From Leucoraja ocellata (taxonomy: Eukaryota), in the NCBI GenBank assembly GCA_036785375.1, contig JAWMAR010000003.1:6758001-6822000 (forward strand): a DNA stretch of 64,000 bases, written 5' to 3'. The notes under the pieces are model-generated. The model was not told where the DNA came from and did no database searches. It worked only from the letters and a program-made list of their open reading frames with translations. This document shows, piece after piece, positions 1 to 12,375 of this stretch (position 1 is its first letter; each line of letters begins with the position of its first letter). The position numbers and the translations under genes were made by a program.

Positions 1-659
1 ATGCTGTGATAGGTGAGCTAAAGAAAAGTGAATGTGATTTTGCAAACTTGTTTTATCATCACTATTCATTCAGTATCAAAACACGTGTGAACCTTATTCC
101 CCATGCGAATCAAAAGTTTGCTTCATGGGTTTGGTCTTCAATCTCCTTATGTGACTTCAGTATTGACCTAAGGAAAATAATAGAATTGTTATATATCAAT
201 CAACTTTTGTTCTGGCTAAGAATCCAAAATCATCGTGGAACTATAAAAGTTAATAATTGTAGAATATGTTTTGATCAATCATGGTTAGAGAGACTTACAG
301 CAATTTCATTTATGAATGTACATCTCAGCATTGAAACCTTTAAAAAAAACTCACTATAATGTAGATTATGTCTTAAATGCACTGTTCAAAAATCAGCATG
401 GGCTATTATGCAAGGTGGCTAATGACTGACCTATTCATTTAATATTCCAAAAAGGGAAATTAAACATCTAAGATATCTGTTTCTTATTTAATGACCAGAG
501 AATATTGTCATTTGAATCTTATGAGATATCATAAATATTTAGTATTTATAACTAAATCTCCATTGCTATTTTATTTCAAATGTATTTAATAGCGGTTCAG
601 TGTCTTTATAAAAGAACCAAGGCAAATGCTATTTTAGCATTCATTTTGAGGGGAGTAGA

Positions 660-1460
660 ATATCATAAGGTCATAATTGATAGGAGCAGAATTAGGCCAT
701 AAGGCCTATCGTCTGCTCAGCCATTTAATCATGGCTGAACTATCTCTTCCTCCTAACCATATTCTTCTCCCCATAACCCCTGACACCCGTATTAATCAAG
801 AATCTATCTCTGCCTTAAAAATATCAATTGACTTGGCCTTCACAGCCTTCTCTAGCAAAGAATTCTACAGATTCACCACCCTCTGACTAAAGAAATTCCT
901 CCTCATCTCCTTCCTAAAGGAATGTCCTTTATTTCTGAGGCTGTGATCTCTAGTCCTAGACTCTCGCACTAGTGGAAACATCCACTCTCTCCAAGCCTTT
1001 CACTATTTAAAAGCGAGGATGTAATGCTGAGACTTTATAAGGTGCTGATCATATCACATTTGGGATATTTTGAGCAGTTTTGGGCCCCATATTTGAGGAA
1101 GGATGCGATGGTGTTAGGGAGGTTCCAGAAATGGTTTACGAGAATGATCCTGGGGATGACTGGATTAATGTATGAGGAGCATTTGATGGCTCTGGAATTG
1201 AGAAGGCTGAGGGGGATCTCATACTGAATAATGAAACACCTATGTAGAATGGACTTGGAGAGGTCACTTTCAGTAGTGAAAGAGTCTACAACCGGGGGCA
1301 CAGCCTCAGAATAAAATAACAGATTGCAGATGAAAAGGAATTTCTTTAGCCAGAGTGTGGTGAATCTGTGGAATTCATTGCCACAGACGGCAGTGTAGGC
1401 CAAGTCATTAGGTATTTTGTAAAATAGAAATTGATAGGTTCTTAATTATGGGGAGAAGGC
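660..1460. mobile_element. CR1 LINE 3' fragments (minus about 660-1005; plus about 1010-1460, resuming 4763-4860)
   Basis: RLYKVLI..HLGYFEQFWAPYLRKD and VVNLWNSLP motifs. Confidence 0.8.
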
Positions 1461-4400
1461 CCATACCACAATTTCTTGGTGTGATCTTAGACCACAAAAT
1501 CTGCTGGAAACCACATATAAACCATGTCAAAGCAAAACTGGCAAAGTCTATAGCAATATTGGGAAAATCAAGACACCATCTGGACCACAAATCATTACAT
1601 ACTCTGTGTAATACACTCATATTGCCATATCTGAGTTACTGTGTGGAGATATGGGGTAGCACCTACAAAACCAACCTATAGCCGTTATGCACATTACAAA
1701 AAAGAGCAATAAGAATTATCAATAACATTGGATATCTTGAACATACCAATATATTATTCTTAAGGTCACATACACTGAAGTTCACCGATCTGGTTAAATT
1801 TAAGACTGCACAAATCATGTACAAAGCAAGAAATAATTTACTTCCAAGAAATATACAAAAACTGTTTATGGAAAGACAGGGTGGGTATAATTTGAGAGGG
1901 GAACATAATTTTAAAAAACTCAATGTCAGAACAACTCTTAAAAGTATGTGCATAGCAATCTGTGGGGTGAATTTGTGGAATGGTCTGGAACAGGAGATAA
2001 AACTTAGCACAAACATAATTCAGTTTAAAAAGATGTACAAAAACACTTGTTTAAAACGATATTGGGATGAGGATAGGTGATTGTGAGTGGGATATTTGTT
2101 ATACTGATTGTATTGGGGAGGGTGATTATAGGGTGATGGGTTGTATATATGACTAAGATACTGTGTAGTATATGAGGGTTTTTTATTTTTATTTTTTAAT
2201 TTTTCTCTCTTTTTTGTATGGCTTTGTAAATATTTGATTGGTGTATACACTAACATGGCTGAAGCTTACAAAGCCCCTCCCCCACCTTGGTCAGTCTGAT
2301 CACCTCTCATTGTTCCTGCTCCCTAAGTACTCCCTACTCATCAAACAGGTTAAACCCACTATGAGGACAGTTAAAATCTGGTCAGAGGAAGCAAACTCAA
2401 CACTTCAGCAGTGTTTTGGAACCACTGACTGGAAGGCGTTTGCAGCCCAGGCCACCCTTGACTCCCACACGGACATTGATTCCTACTGTTCTGGACTTTA
2501 TAAACTCCACCATGAATAGTGTCACCTCCCTCAAACGGGTGACCATATTCCCGAATCAGAAGCCATGGATGAACAGCGAGGTCAGGCTACTGCTGAAAGC
2601 ACGGGACACCGCTTTCAGGTCAGGCGATGCTCGAGCCTACAGTTCATCCAGGGCTAACCTGAAGAGGGGCATCAGGAAGGCCAAGCACTGCCATAAGCTC
2701 AGGATTGAGGAGCACTTCAACAACAACTCTGACCCCCGACGCATGTGGCAAGGCATCCAGGCCATCACGGACTATAGACCCTCCAACACCACCCCCACAT
2801 CCAGCGACGCCTCCTTCCTTGAGGAGCTTAACCACTTCTATGGCCGCTTCAACAGGGACAATCTAGAGACAGCCATCAAGGCTGTGCTACCTGCTGATCA
2901 CCAACCCCTCACACTCACCCCCTACGACGTGTACGTGGCACTGAGTAGGACTAATGCACGTAAGGCTGCTGGCCCTGACGGCATCCCCGGGCGCGTGCTC
3001 AGGGCCTGTGCTGCGCAGCTGACAGACGTCTGGACTGACATCTTCAACCTGTCACTTGCCCAAGCAGTTGGCCCCACGTGTCTTAAAACCACCTCCATCG
3101 TGCCAGTGCCAAACACTCCACTGCGGCAAGCCTCAACGACTTCCGCCCAGTTGCACTTACTCCCATCATCACCAAGTGCTTCGAGAGGCTGGTCCTGGCA
3201 CACCTCAAAAGCTGCCTACCCCCACACTGGATCCCTATCAGTTTGCCTACCGCAAGAATAGGAGTACGGAGGATGCCATCTCAACGGCAGTTCACTCCGC
3301 CCTCTCCCACCTCGACAACAGAGACATTTGCGTAAGAATGCTGTTCATCGATTACAGCTCAGCATTCAACACCATTATATCATCAAAACTGATCACCAAA
3401 CTCGGTAACCTGGGCATCGACCCCTCCCTCAGCAACTGGATACTGGACTTTCTAACCAACAGACCCGTCTGTTAGGTTAGACAAGCACATCTCTTCAACC
3501 CTCACTCTGAACACCGGCGTTCCACAGGGCTGTGTGCTGAGCCCCCTCCTCTACTCCCTCTTCACCTACGACTGCACACCTGTACATGGTACTAACACCA
3601 TCATCAAGTATGCAGATGATACAACGGTGATTGGCCTCATCAGCATCAACGATGAGTTGGCCTATAGGGAGGAGGTCCAGCTCCTAGCAGCATGGTGCGC
3701 TGACAACAACCTGGCCCTTAAATCCAAGAAGACCAAGGAGCTCATTGTAGACTTCAGGAAGTCTAGGGGCGGCACGCACACCCCCATCCACATCAACGGG
3801 ACGGAGGTGGAACGTGTTTCCAGCTTCAGGTTCCTAGGGGTCAACATCTCCGATGACCTCTCTTGGACCCACAATACCTCAACTCTGGTCAAGAAGGCTC
3901 ACCAGCGTCTCTTCTTCCTGAGGAGACTGAAGAAGGTCCATCTGTCTCCTCAGATCCTGGTGAACTTCTACCGCTGCACCATCGAGAGCATCCTTACCAA
4001 CTGCATCACAGTATGGTATGGCAACTGCTCTGTCTCTGACCGGAAAGCGCTGCAGAGGGTGATGAAAATTGCCCAACGCATCACCGGTTCCTCGCTCCCC
4101 TCCATTGAGTCTGTCCAAAGCAAGCGTTGTCTGCGGAGGGCGCTCAGCATCGCCAAGGACTGCTCTCACCCCAACCATGGACTGTTTACCCTCCTACCAA
4201 CCGGGAGGCGCTGCAGGTCTCTCCGTTGCCGGACCAGCTTCTTCCCTGCGGCTGTCACACTACTTAACAATGTACCTCGGTGACTGCCAATCACCCCCCC
4301 CCCCCCCCCCCCCCCCCCCCGACATTCCTCCCACAGGAAAAACACTATGACTGTACACATGTAAATAGATTTATTTATTGAAATCATATTCTATGTCGCT

Positions 4401-4762
4401 CTTCCAGGGAGATGCTAACTGCATTTCTCTGTACTGTACACTGACAATGACAATTAAAGTTGAATCTGAATCTGAATCTAAATGTAAATAATTTGGTGTA
4501 CATATTGCTGCTAGTGTACATTTGGAGTACATATAGCTGCTAAATTTGTATAAGATAATTACAAGCAGTTGAATAAGGGGTGGGAATTAATAAGCTTTGG
4601 CTTCTTCCTGCTCATTTCCGGACACATACAATTTCATTTATTTATAGATATTGTTTATGACACTTTATAAATATTCTTGTTTTGGTTTTGTATGCTATTT
4701 CACACTTGCTTTTTATTTTTTTATTCTGTTTGAAATAAAGAATTAAAATTTAAAAATAAATA
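1461..4762 (+). mobile_element. Crack/L2-group LINE 3' end, interrupted by a Rex1-like element
   Basis: FLGVILDHKICWKPHINHVKAKLAKSIAIL...LILPYLSYCVEIWG...MYKARNNLLPRNIQKLF. A-rich tail near 4735-4762; apparent aaggc TSD at 1456-1460 and 4763-4767. Confidence 0.75.
2255..4478 (+). mobile_element. Rex1/Babar-type LINE, 5'-truncated, with frameshifted RT
   Basis: [60 protein letters not shown]; (tgaatc)n tail. Confidence 0.92.
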
Positions 4763-5204
4763 AAGGCACGAGAATGGGGTTGAGAAGGAAAAATAAATCA
4801 GTCATGGCGGATAATACTTGATGGGCCGAATGGCCTAATTCCGCTCCAATGCTTTATGAACTCTGATGATGAATGAAACAGCCAGACCTACCTATTAAAA
4901 CTTAAGTTGTGGGTGAGGAATGAATGAGGCTTGTATTACTTGTCAGTTTCTCTCAAGGACAAATTATTTAAAAGACAATAAATTATTTCACAACAGTTTT
5001 GTCGGTATTTTGTGATAAACAAGATCCACAAAAGAGCAATGAGACAAATTGATAACCAAAGTCTATCAATGGTCAGATCGGGTTGGTTTCTCAGCCAAGC
5101 ATGGTATTCTATTTGGCACTCTCCCTGGAATCATTGCAGTAAATTGGATATTCAAATCTCATCACTACATCCTCAAAGCCCATTAACTGTAGAACTGCTG
5201 TAAA

Positions 5205-5795
5205 ATTAGCATACAACAACCTCGACAAGGTTCCACATGGTAGGCTGCTCTGGAAGTTAGATCGCATGGAATCCAAGGAGAGATAGCTGAATGGATAGCA
5301 AATTGGCTTCATGGAAGGAAGCAGAGGGTGATGGTGGAAGTTGCTTCTCAGACTGGAGGCCTGTGACTAGTGGTGAGCCTCAGGGTTTGGTGCTGGGCCC
5401 GTTACTGGATGGGATGAGGGGTGACCTTATAGAGGTGTATAAAATCATGCGAGGAATAGATCGAGTGAATTCACAGAATCTCTTGCCCAGAGTCAGGGGA
5501 TCGAGGACCAGAGGACATAGTTTCAAGGTGAAGGGGAAAAGATTAAATAGGAATCTGAGGGATACCTTTTTCACTCACAGGGTGGTGGATGTTTGGAACA
5601 AGCTGCCAGAGGAGGTAGTTGAGGCTGGGACTATCCCAGCGTTTAAGAAACAGTTAGACAGGTACATGGATAGGACAGTTTTGGAGGAATATGGATCAAG
5701 CGCAGGCAGGTGGGTCTAGTGTAGCTGGGACATGTTGGCCTGTGTGGGCAAGTTGGGCCGAAGGGCCTGTTTTCACACTGTATCACTCTGACTCT
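5205..5795 (+). mobile_element. CR1 LINE with internal deletion
   Basis: FSDWRPVTSGEPQGLVLGPLL is joined directly to MRGDLIEVYKIMRG...RTRGHSFK. Confidence 0.85.
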
Positions 5796-6564
5796 AATAC
5801 CAATATCAGCAACTAAAATGTATGCAGAATAGAGCAAATACAGCTAGTTATTTTCCATTCACATGCTTGAACCAAACCTTACCATCTGAATCAGTTCAGT
5901 GATTAGCTGTTATCAATATATATATATATATAGGCATAACAGTGATAGATTGAAGACCATGACGTTGTGCTGTTTATGCACAATGTTTGTGACCAGTAAT
6001 TAATTTATATTTGCTGAAGTGTCTTGGTACATTCTATTATTTTGAAGTAACTGGTGTTAACATTTTACTTCTTTTAATTGAGCAAGTTAAACATGAAGTG
6101 AACAGTGCAAGTTACCTACGAGTACCTACATCTAGAGTAGAAAACATGCCACATTTGTAACAAAAACAGAAGATGCTGGACAAACACAGCAGGTCACAGT
6201 TAATGGTTCAGGTTGGCGACTCTTCGTCAGTTTACACTTCTGACAATCTTTGACCTATTAATACAGATGTCGCCTGACCTGCTGATCTTTTTCCAGCATT
6301 TTCTGCTTTTATTTCAGATTTCAGGCATCTGCAGTTTTTTTTTTTAATTTCATGTCATATTTATAGGGTGTTTTGGGAAAGTTTGGGTGAAAAAAATGAT
6401 TATGTGCATGGCACTGCCATTTTTCAGCATGCAGATCAAACAGTAATTTGTGGTGAGAAAAATATATCCCATAAAATAAGATTAACTTATTTTCTTTAAT
6501 ATTTCTGCTGCTGAGAAAATTATGGGACATGGGTGGCACAGTGTGATAGCTAACAAAGCAGTTC

Positions 6565-7475
6565 ATACATTCATGTGATAGGAGCAGAATTAGGCCATTT
6601 GGCCCATACTCTGCTGTTCAAGCATGGCAGATCCATCTTTCCCTCTCAACCCCATTCTACTGCCTTCTCCCCATAACCCCTGGCACCTGTATTAATCAAG
6701 AATCTATCAAGCTCTGCCTTAAAACTATGCATTGACGGCCTCCACAGTCTTCTGTGGCATCAGATTCCATACATTCACCACCCTCTGACTATACAATTTC
6801 CTCCTCAACTCCTTCCCAAAGGTACATCTTTTCTGAGGCTATGGCCTCTGACCCTAGACTCTCCCACTAGAAACATCCTCTCCACCTCCACTCTACCCAG
6901 GCCTTCCACCATTTGGAAATAGCAGGGGACCGGGGTCAAATGAGATGGGGGAATTGAGTGAAATCCAGGTTAGCCGGGAAGTGGTGTTAGGTAAATTGAA
7001 TGGATTAATGGCCGATAAACCCCCAGGGCCAGATAGGCTGCATCCCAGAGTAATTAAGGAAGTAGCCCCAGAAATAGTGGATGCATTAGTGATAATTTTT
7101 CAAAACTTTTTAGATTCTGGAGTAGTTCCTGAGGAGTGGTGAATCTCTGGAACTCTCCGCCACAGAGGGTAGTCGAGGCCAGTTCATTGGCTATATATAT
7201 CTTAACTTCGACAACCCAGCTGCTTGTGCGAGACTGCATACACAGTGATGCACAGACTTTTTCCCGTTGCTCCAGTTTCCTGCCAAATGCCGAAACTATG
7301 CAGGTTGGTACATTAATAGGCTACAGTAAATTTCTCCGTGTAGATGAGCGAGAATTGATGAGAATGTGAGGTGAATAAAACAAGTGTTAGGTAGGATTAG
7401 TTAAATGAGGTGGTTGGTGCGTATTTGGTGGGCTAAAGGACCTGTTTCCATGCTGTATAACTCTATGACTCTAAA
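6565..7475. mobile_element. Cluster of CR1 fragments on both strands plus a SINE tail
   Basis: KPPGPDRLHPRVIKEVA and VNLWNSPPQRVVEA motifs; CR1 3'UTR on minus at about 6565-6910. Confidence 0.7.
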
Positions 7476-8018
7476 CCTTCCACTGAGATTCATGAACTGG
7501 TGTATTGCAAATTCATTATTTCTAAAATTTGTCATATTATGTCTAGCAATTAATGGAATATGCTTTTAATTACTTGATTGTTTTTGACTGACTCAATTCT
7601 CTAAGTGTCAGTTAAAGTAAGGTTTGTTTTCCGGCTCCTGGGCCTGCTGTACAGCTCCCTGACACTATGAGATTGAGGTGCTTCTGAGATTACTTTTTCC
7701 CTTTTCTTACGAAAAAGGTGTACATACAACATTTGCACAGAGGCAAGAAGATCACTAATAGGTGAGCAGCACTTGGACAGCATTATCATTGAGCCATTAA
7801 AATAGCCACACATAAAATACACTCAACATTCTAGGAACTTGTTGGGGTGGAAGCAGACCTATTGACAGTTCTAAAAATGATTTGATGGATGGGGAAGGAT
7901 GCTGAAAATACAGGTAAGAGGAACAAGTGCTTTTGTTGTAATATTATAAAACATTAGTATTGGAAATGAAAATTATGACGAGAAAAAGGCTCAGCAGCTT
8001 TGAGTTTTGATTGCTCAC

Positions 8019-8102
8019 CAGGCACTATTGCAGCTTCCTCTTCAATCACACCACCTTCTATTTCTTCTTCAACTATCTCTTCCTCCTCATCTCCTTGGTA
8101 CT
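8019..8102 (-). CDS. TRIM54: TRIM54 coding exon 8 (acidic tail)
   Basis: Acceptor ttcttcttgtag|AG. (E)YQGDEEEEIVEEEIEGGVIEEEAAIVP; 84 nt up to the donor CTG|GTGAGC; in phase with exon 7. An acidic tail is typical of MuRFs. No stop before the donor. Confidence 0.8.
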
Positions 8103-8384
8103 CTACAAGAAGAAATCATTAGAAATCTCAAAACGCGATTTATACATATTCTTGACAGCGTATTTATTGAGGTTAACATATGATGAGCGTTTGACAGCAC
8201 TAGGCATGTACTCGCTGGAGTTCAGAAGAATGTAGAGGACCTCTTTGAAGCGTGCAGAATAGTGAAAGGCTTGGAGAGAGTGGATGTACCCACTAGGGGG
8301 AGAGTCTAGGACTAGAGGTCATAGCCTCAGAATTAAAGGACGTTCTTTTCGGAAGGAGATGAAGAGGAATTTCTTTAGTCCTCT

Positions 8385-9210
8385 GACATTTTCACCACCT
8401 CCAACGGGATCCCACCGCTAGTCACATCTTCCTATCTCCACTCTTTTCCGCCTTCCGCAGAGACTGTTCCCTCTCTGGTTAACTTATCCCTTCCCACCCA
8501 AACCACCCCCTCCCCAGGTACCTTCCCCTGCAACCGCAGGAGATGCAACACCTATCCATATTCCTCCTCCCTCTACTCTTTCCAGGGACCATGACAGACC
8601 TTTCAGGTTAGGCAGAGATTCACTTGCACCTCCTCCAACCTCATCTACTGTATCCATTGTTCAAGATGTGAACTCTTGTACATCGGTGAGACCAAACGTA
8701 GACTGGCCGATCGTATCGCTGAACACCTTCGCTCAGTTAGCCTGGACCTACCTGATCTCCCGGTTGCTAAACACTTTATTTCTCCTTCCCATTCCCACAC
8801 TGACCTTTCTGTCCTTGGTCTCCTCCATTGTCAAAGTGAGACGAAACGCAAAATGGAGGAACAGAATCTAATATTTCTCTAACTTCAAGAAATCCTAGCA
8901 TTACCCCTCTCTCTCTCTTTCTCTCTCTCTCTTCTCTCTCTCTCTCTCTCTCTCTCCTTCCCACACCCAAGTTGCACCAGCTTCTCACCCACCAAACAGC
9001 TACAAATGGCCTGTTTCCTTTATCATTGTTACTTTTTTGCATATCTTTCATTCATTGTTCTTTATCTCTCTATATCATCATCTATATCCCTCTTTCCCTT
9101 TACCCTAACTAGTCTGAGGAAGGGTCTCGACCAGAAATGTCACACATTCCTTCACTCTAGTGATGCTGCCTGTCCCGTTGAGTTACTCCAGCTTTTTGTG
9201 TCTATTTTTG
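8385..9210 (+). mobile_element. Penelope-like element fragment (GIY-YIG plus pseudo-LTR)
   Basis: YIGETKRRLADRIAEHLRSV; (CT)n tract; degenerate hammerhead at 9114-9141. Confidence 0.85.
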
Positions 9211-9284
9211 TATCATATCCTATTGTATTACAGCTGCCCTTTGTCACTTTGTTTAGCAGACAAGTCTCCCAGAAGTTAATGAAC
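9174..9284 (+). repeat. 111-bp direct repeat, partner at 11457-11567
   Basis: The two copies differ at 2 positions by eye. Confidence 0.9.
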
Positions 9285-9749
9285 GGCCATTTTTAATTCT
9301 CTAGTTTATGGTACAAATGGGGAAAGTGGTATACTAAATAACAGGAAACATAAGGTTAAAGATAACTCTGGGGAAAGACAAAGATGAAAGCTGCAGAGAC
9401 TTTGATCAATGATGACATTTCAAATCTACAAGTAACCATTGTGTCATGAGAATATAAAATGCTGCAGGTATTGTGAATTTGAAAGACTTTGGGTTTTCTC
9501 AGAGTGTTTTCAGTGCGCACTATTAGGCCTTCAATAAAATGACTTGTTCAATAGACTCACCACTGATTTTTGAGCTGTTTTATTTTGTGTCTGTGCCTGT
9601 CTGTGTAAAGCCAGATACTAGGGTATGGCTATAGCACAAAATTCACTCCTACATTCTTTGGCAGTATGTCAAGAATTTGTGGTTTTTATTTCAGATTTCC
9701 AGCATCTGCACTTTTTGATTTATGCAAATCTGAAGAGCTTCCTTATTAC

Positions 9750-9874
9750 CTGATTGAAAATTTATCCTTTGCAACATCTGTTCAGCCCTTCCAAAGTTGA
9801 CCACAAAATGGTCCATATTTTCATATCCAGGTTCTGCTCTCTCCATCTGTGCAGCTTTTGATGATTCAATAATT
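9750..9874 (-). CDS. TRIM54: TRIM54 coding exon 7 (end of COS box)
   Basis: Acceptor cttag|A. IIESSKAAQMERAEPGYENMDHFVVNFGRAEQMLQRINFQS; 125 nt; donor CAG|GTAATA. EPGYENMDHF is a MuRF hallmark. Confidence 0.92.
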
Positions 9875-11218
9875 CTAAGAGAGTCATTACATTAACATTA
9901 TTACGGATCCATTGGCTTATACAGTGGTCTAAACACCATTACACACAAGGTCCTTTATATGCATGCAACCTCTTCTATTTCTTTACTTCAACTGGAGTAT
10001 TTAATTTTCATAATGATTTAAAAAACATATTATTACATGATAATATTACTTGCAATAATAACAAGTAAAGCTCGAGAGGATGGTTGCAATTAAAAATTAA
10101 TAAATACAAAATATTTCCAAAGTAATGTGAATACCATTGATTTGCTTGTATTAACACATTGCCAATTTGAAAATAGAGGTGGCATCCTACCGTAACCTAA
10201 TTTTTAAGTGTACAACTTCACTGTAGAGTATCCTCTTACAATACTGTAAGAATCAATTTTGTTTTAAAGGCACATGGAGCAGCAAAGTTTTGACAAGAAA
10301 TTTTCAAATCAAGTGTAAAACTGATTAGAATTTAAATGTATGTAATAATGCATCATAATGTCTGCTGGAGTTTTTATTGGTAAGCAACACTGCTGATCAA
10401 ATGTTTGAGGAGTTAACCTTTTGATTGAGCAGCCATAGATTATGTGAAGTGCTTGGTGTCTTGACTGCTATTGAATCTCAACTGTACAACATCTGTTTAT
10501 ACATCTTTGGTACTGCAACACCTCATCTGGTTGTGCAGATAACTAACTTAAAGTTCAATATTTGTGTACTTTCCTTATTTCCTTCCATGAATACAATTTC
10601 TAATTGTAGGGAAATGTTAGCTATGTCATACTCAATTTTTGTTGTAACCTAAAATAAGGAAGTTTCTTTTCTTTCACATCACTCACAAATTAGTTTCCAT
10701 CTGAAGATTTGTGGATTTGGAGAAAATTGTTTGAATTCTGTAATTGGATTTAATTATGATGGATATTTTAAATACTCCCTTGGGCGCAACATTGCAAAGT
10801 TTCTAAACACATATTGGAATATGCTATGCTGGCACACTAAATTGTGCTTATTACATCAAGACAGAGCCAGCAGTGGTTTACACAGGAATTTAAATATGAT
10901 TACTTTTGCAAGAGTATGTTAAGCAATATTTAAGCATATTCAACATATAGTGACATGATTACTTTCAGGACCGTGCCCGTGTCCTCACCTTTGCAAATGT
11001 TGCCTTAAATTATGAGTGACGTTCAAAGGGAAGTGAAGTTCCAGTAAAGTACATTATGCTTCCCCTTTTTAGAATGCTACAATAAACATTGAGTATGCTC
11101 AGACATAATCACCATAGTCAGAAATCATATTTATTAGCAAAATACATTAAATAAAAGATAATTTCACTATTTCATAAAATGATCCTAATTTTGTATCAAT
11201 GAGGAACCACTTATTGGT

Positions 11219-11323
11219 AGGTTACACAGAAAAGCTGGAGAAACTCAGCGGGTGCAGCAGCATCTATGGAGCGAAGGAAATAGGCAACGTTTCGGGCCGA
11301 AACCCTTCTTCAGACTGAGGGTC
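11219..11323 (-). mobile_element. 105-bp Penelope-derived unit carrying a minimal hammerhead motif
   Basis: 14-bp TSD aaccacttattggt (11205-11218 and 11324-11337). Contains CUGAAGA-A-GGGUUUCGGCCC-GAAACGUU on the minus strand (11286-11313); same repeat as the end of the Penelope-like element at 25700-26715. Confidence 0.8.
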
Positions 11324-11569
11324 AACCACTTATTGGTGATGTGCTGAGACACCAGCGACTCGTTCTTCCACTCTCAACTATAAAAGCCGGCTACAGAAAT
11401 GAAAGCGGCCTATATGAGGCAAATATCCATAGAGAGAGGCACTGCAAGTGTGTAAACCCGTTGAGTTACTCCAGCTTTTTGTGTCTATTTTTGTATCGTG
11501 TCCTATTGTATTACAGCTGCCCTTTGTCACTTTGTTTAGCAGACAAGTCTCCCAGAAGTTAATGAACTG

Positions 11570-11662
11570 ACAAAAACCTCCGGGAACCACACGGAAACCT
11601 TGGGTGGAGCGCAAAGTCTCCAGAGGTTTCCGTTCAGGTTTCCTAAGTGGGACAGGGGCATT
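11570..11662. mobile_element. One end of a PIF/Harbinger-like MITE
   Basis: Ends ...aagtgggacaggggca-tta, similar to the TIR at 21540-21553. Confidence 0.5.
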
Positions 11663-11736
11663 AGGATTCTTCATAAAAGGTCAGAGATTTCACAAAAATT
11701 GTGTTTCCAAATGCATTTATTTTTTAATTTACTTAC

Positions 11737-11759
11737 TTTTGAATCAGTTGTTTTGTATT
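11737..11759 (-). CDS. TRIM54: TRIM54 coding exon 6, 23-nt microexon (COS box)
   Basis: tttcttctcttcacag|AATACAAAACAACTGATTCAAAA|gtaagt = NTKQLIQ(K). Restores phase between exons 5 and 7 and resembles the MuRF xAKxLIxK segment. Confidence 0.88.
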
Positions 11760-11875
11760 CTGTGAAGAGAAGAAATGCATAGAATGATTTATATTGTAAA
11801 TAACATTTCCTCACAGTAAAATATTCCCACACAGTTTACCCTCTAGAAAACACATAAAGCAAATGACAGACAGAC

Positions 11876-12109
11876 CTGCAGGAACACTGCCATCTGGGGT
11901 TCCTCCATAGATTGCAAAGCAGTTTCTACCAGTTTGCTGGCTCCCTCTAGGTGATCTCCATGCTGCCTCATCAATGATCGGACATATTGCACTTTCTCCT
12001 CCTGATCACGAGTAATAGATTGAAGCATTTCTTTTTTCCTCTCTTCTAGAATAGCGTACAGAGCATCAAATTTTTCGCAAAGAAGTTGTTTTTGTCTTCT
12101 GCTGTTGTC
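11876..12109 (-). CDS. TRIM54: TRIM54 coding exon 5 (coiled coil, start of COS box)
   Basis: Acceptor tgcag|[81 protein letters not shown]; 234 nt; donor CAG|GTCTGT. Confidence 0.93.
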
Positions 12110-12375
12110 CTGCAAAAATATGAAATTCTGTTTATGACATGCTGGGACAGACTGGTAGTCAAAAATGTTGTTGTGGACAGATAAAGTTTTAAATAAAAAC
12201 AATGCACCAGTTATCCTGATGCTTACATTGCATTTCCTTCCCAAGCAAGATGCCCAACCCTTCCAGAAATAGTAGTGTAAGGGCAACTCAAAAGCAGCTC
12301 TTCCAAAGCCCATTTCTCAAACTGGCTTGCACATAATGCATACATTTTTTACACTAACAGTATTCTACACTCTCA

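Noticed and set aside
7601-7822. Possible last TRIM54 exon
   Set aside because: Weak AAG acceptor and no recognisable MuRF similarity; cannot be supported.
1-8000. Urocortin/urotensin-I gene expected from synteny
   Set aside because: No SLDLTFHLLR-like peptide in any listed ORF.
10880-11010. Alternative candidates for the exon 6 microexon
   Set aside because: They lack a suitable AG or give the wrong phase; 11737-11759 fits length, phase and sequence.
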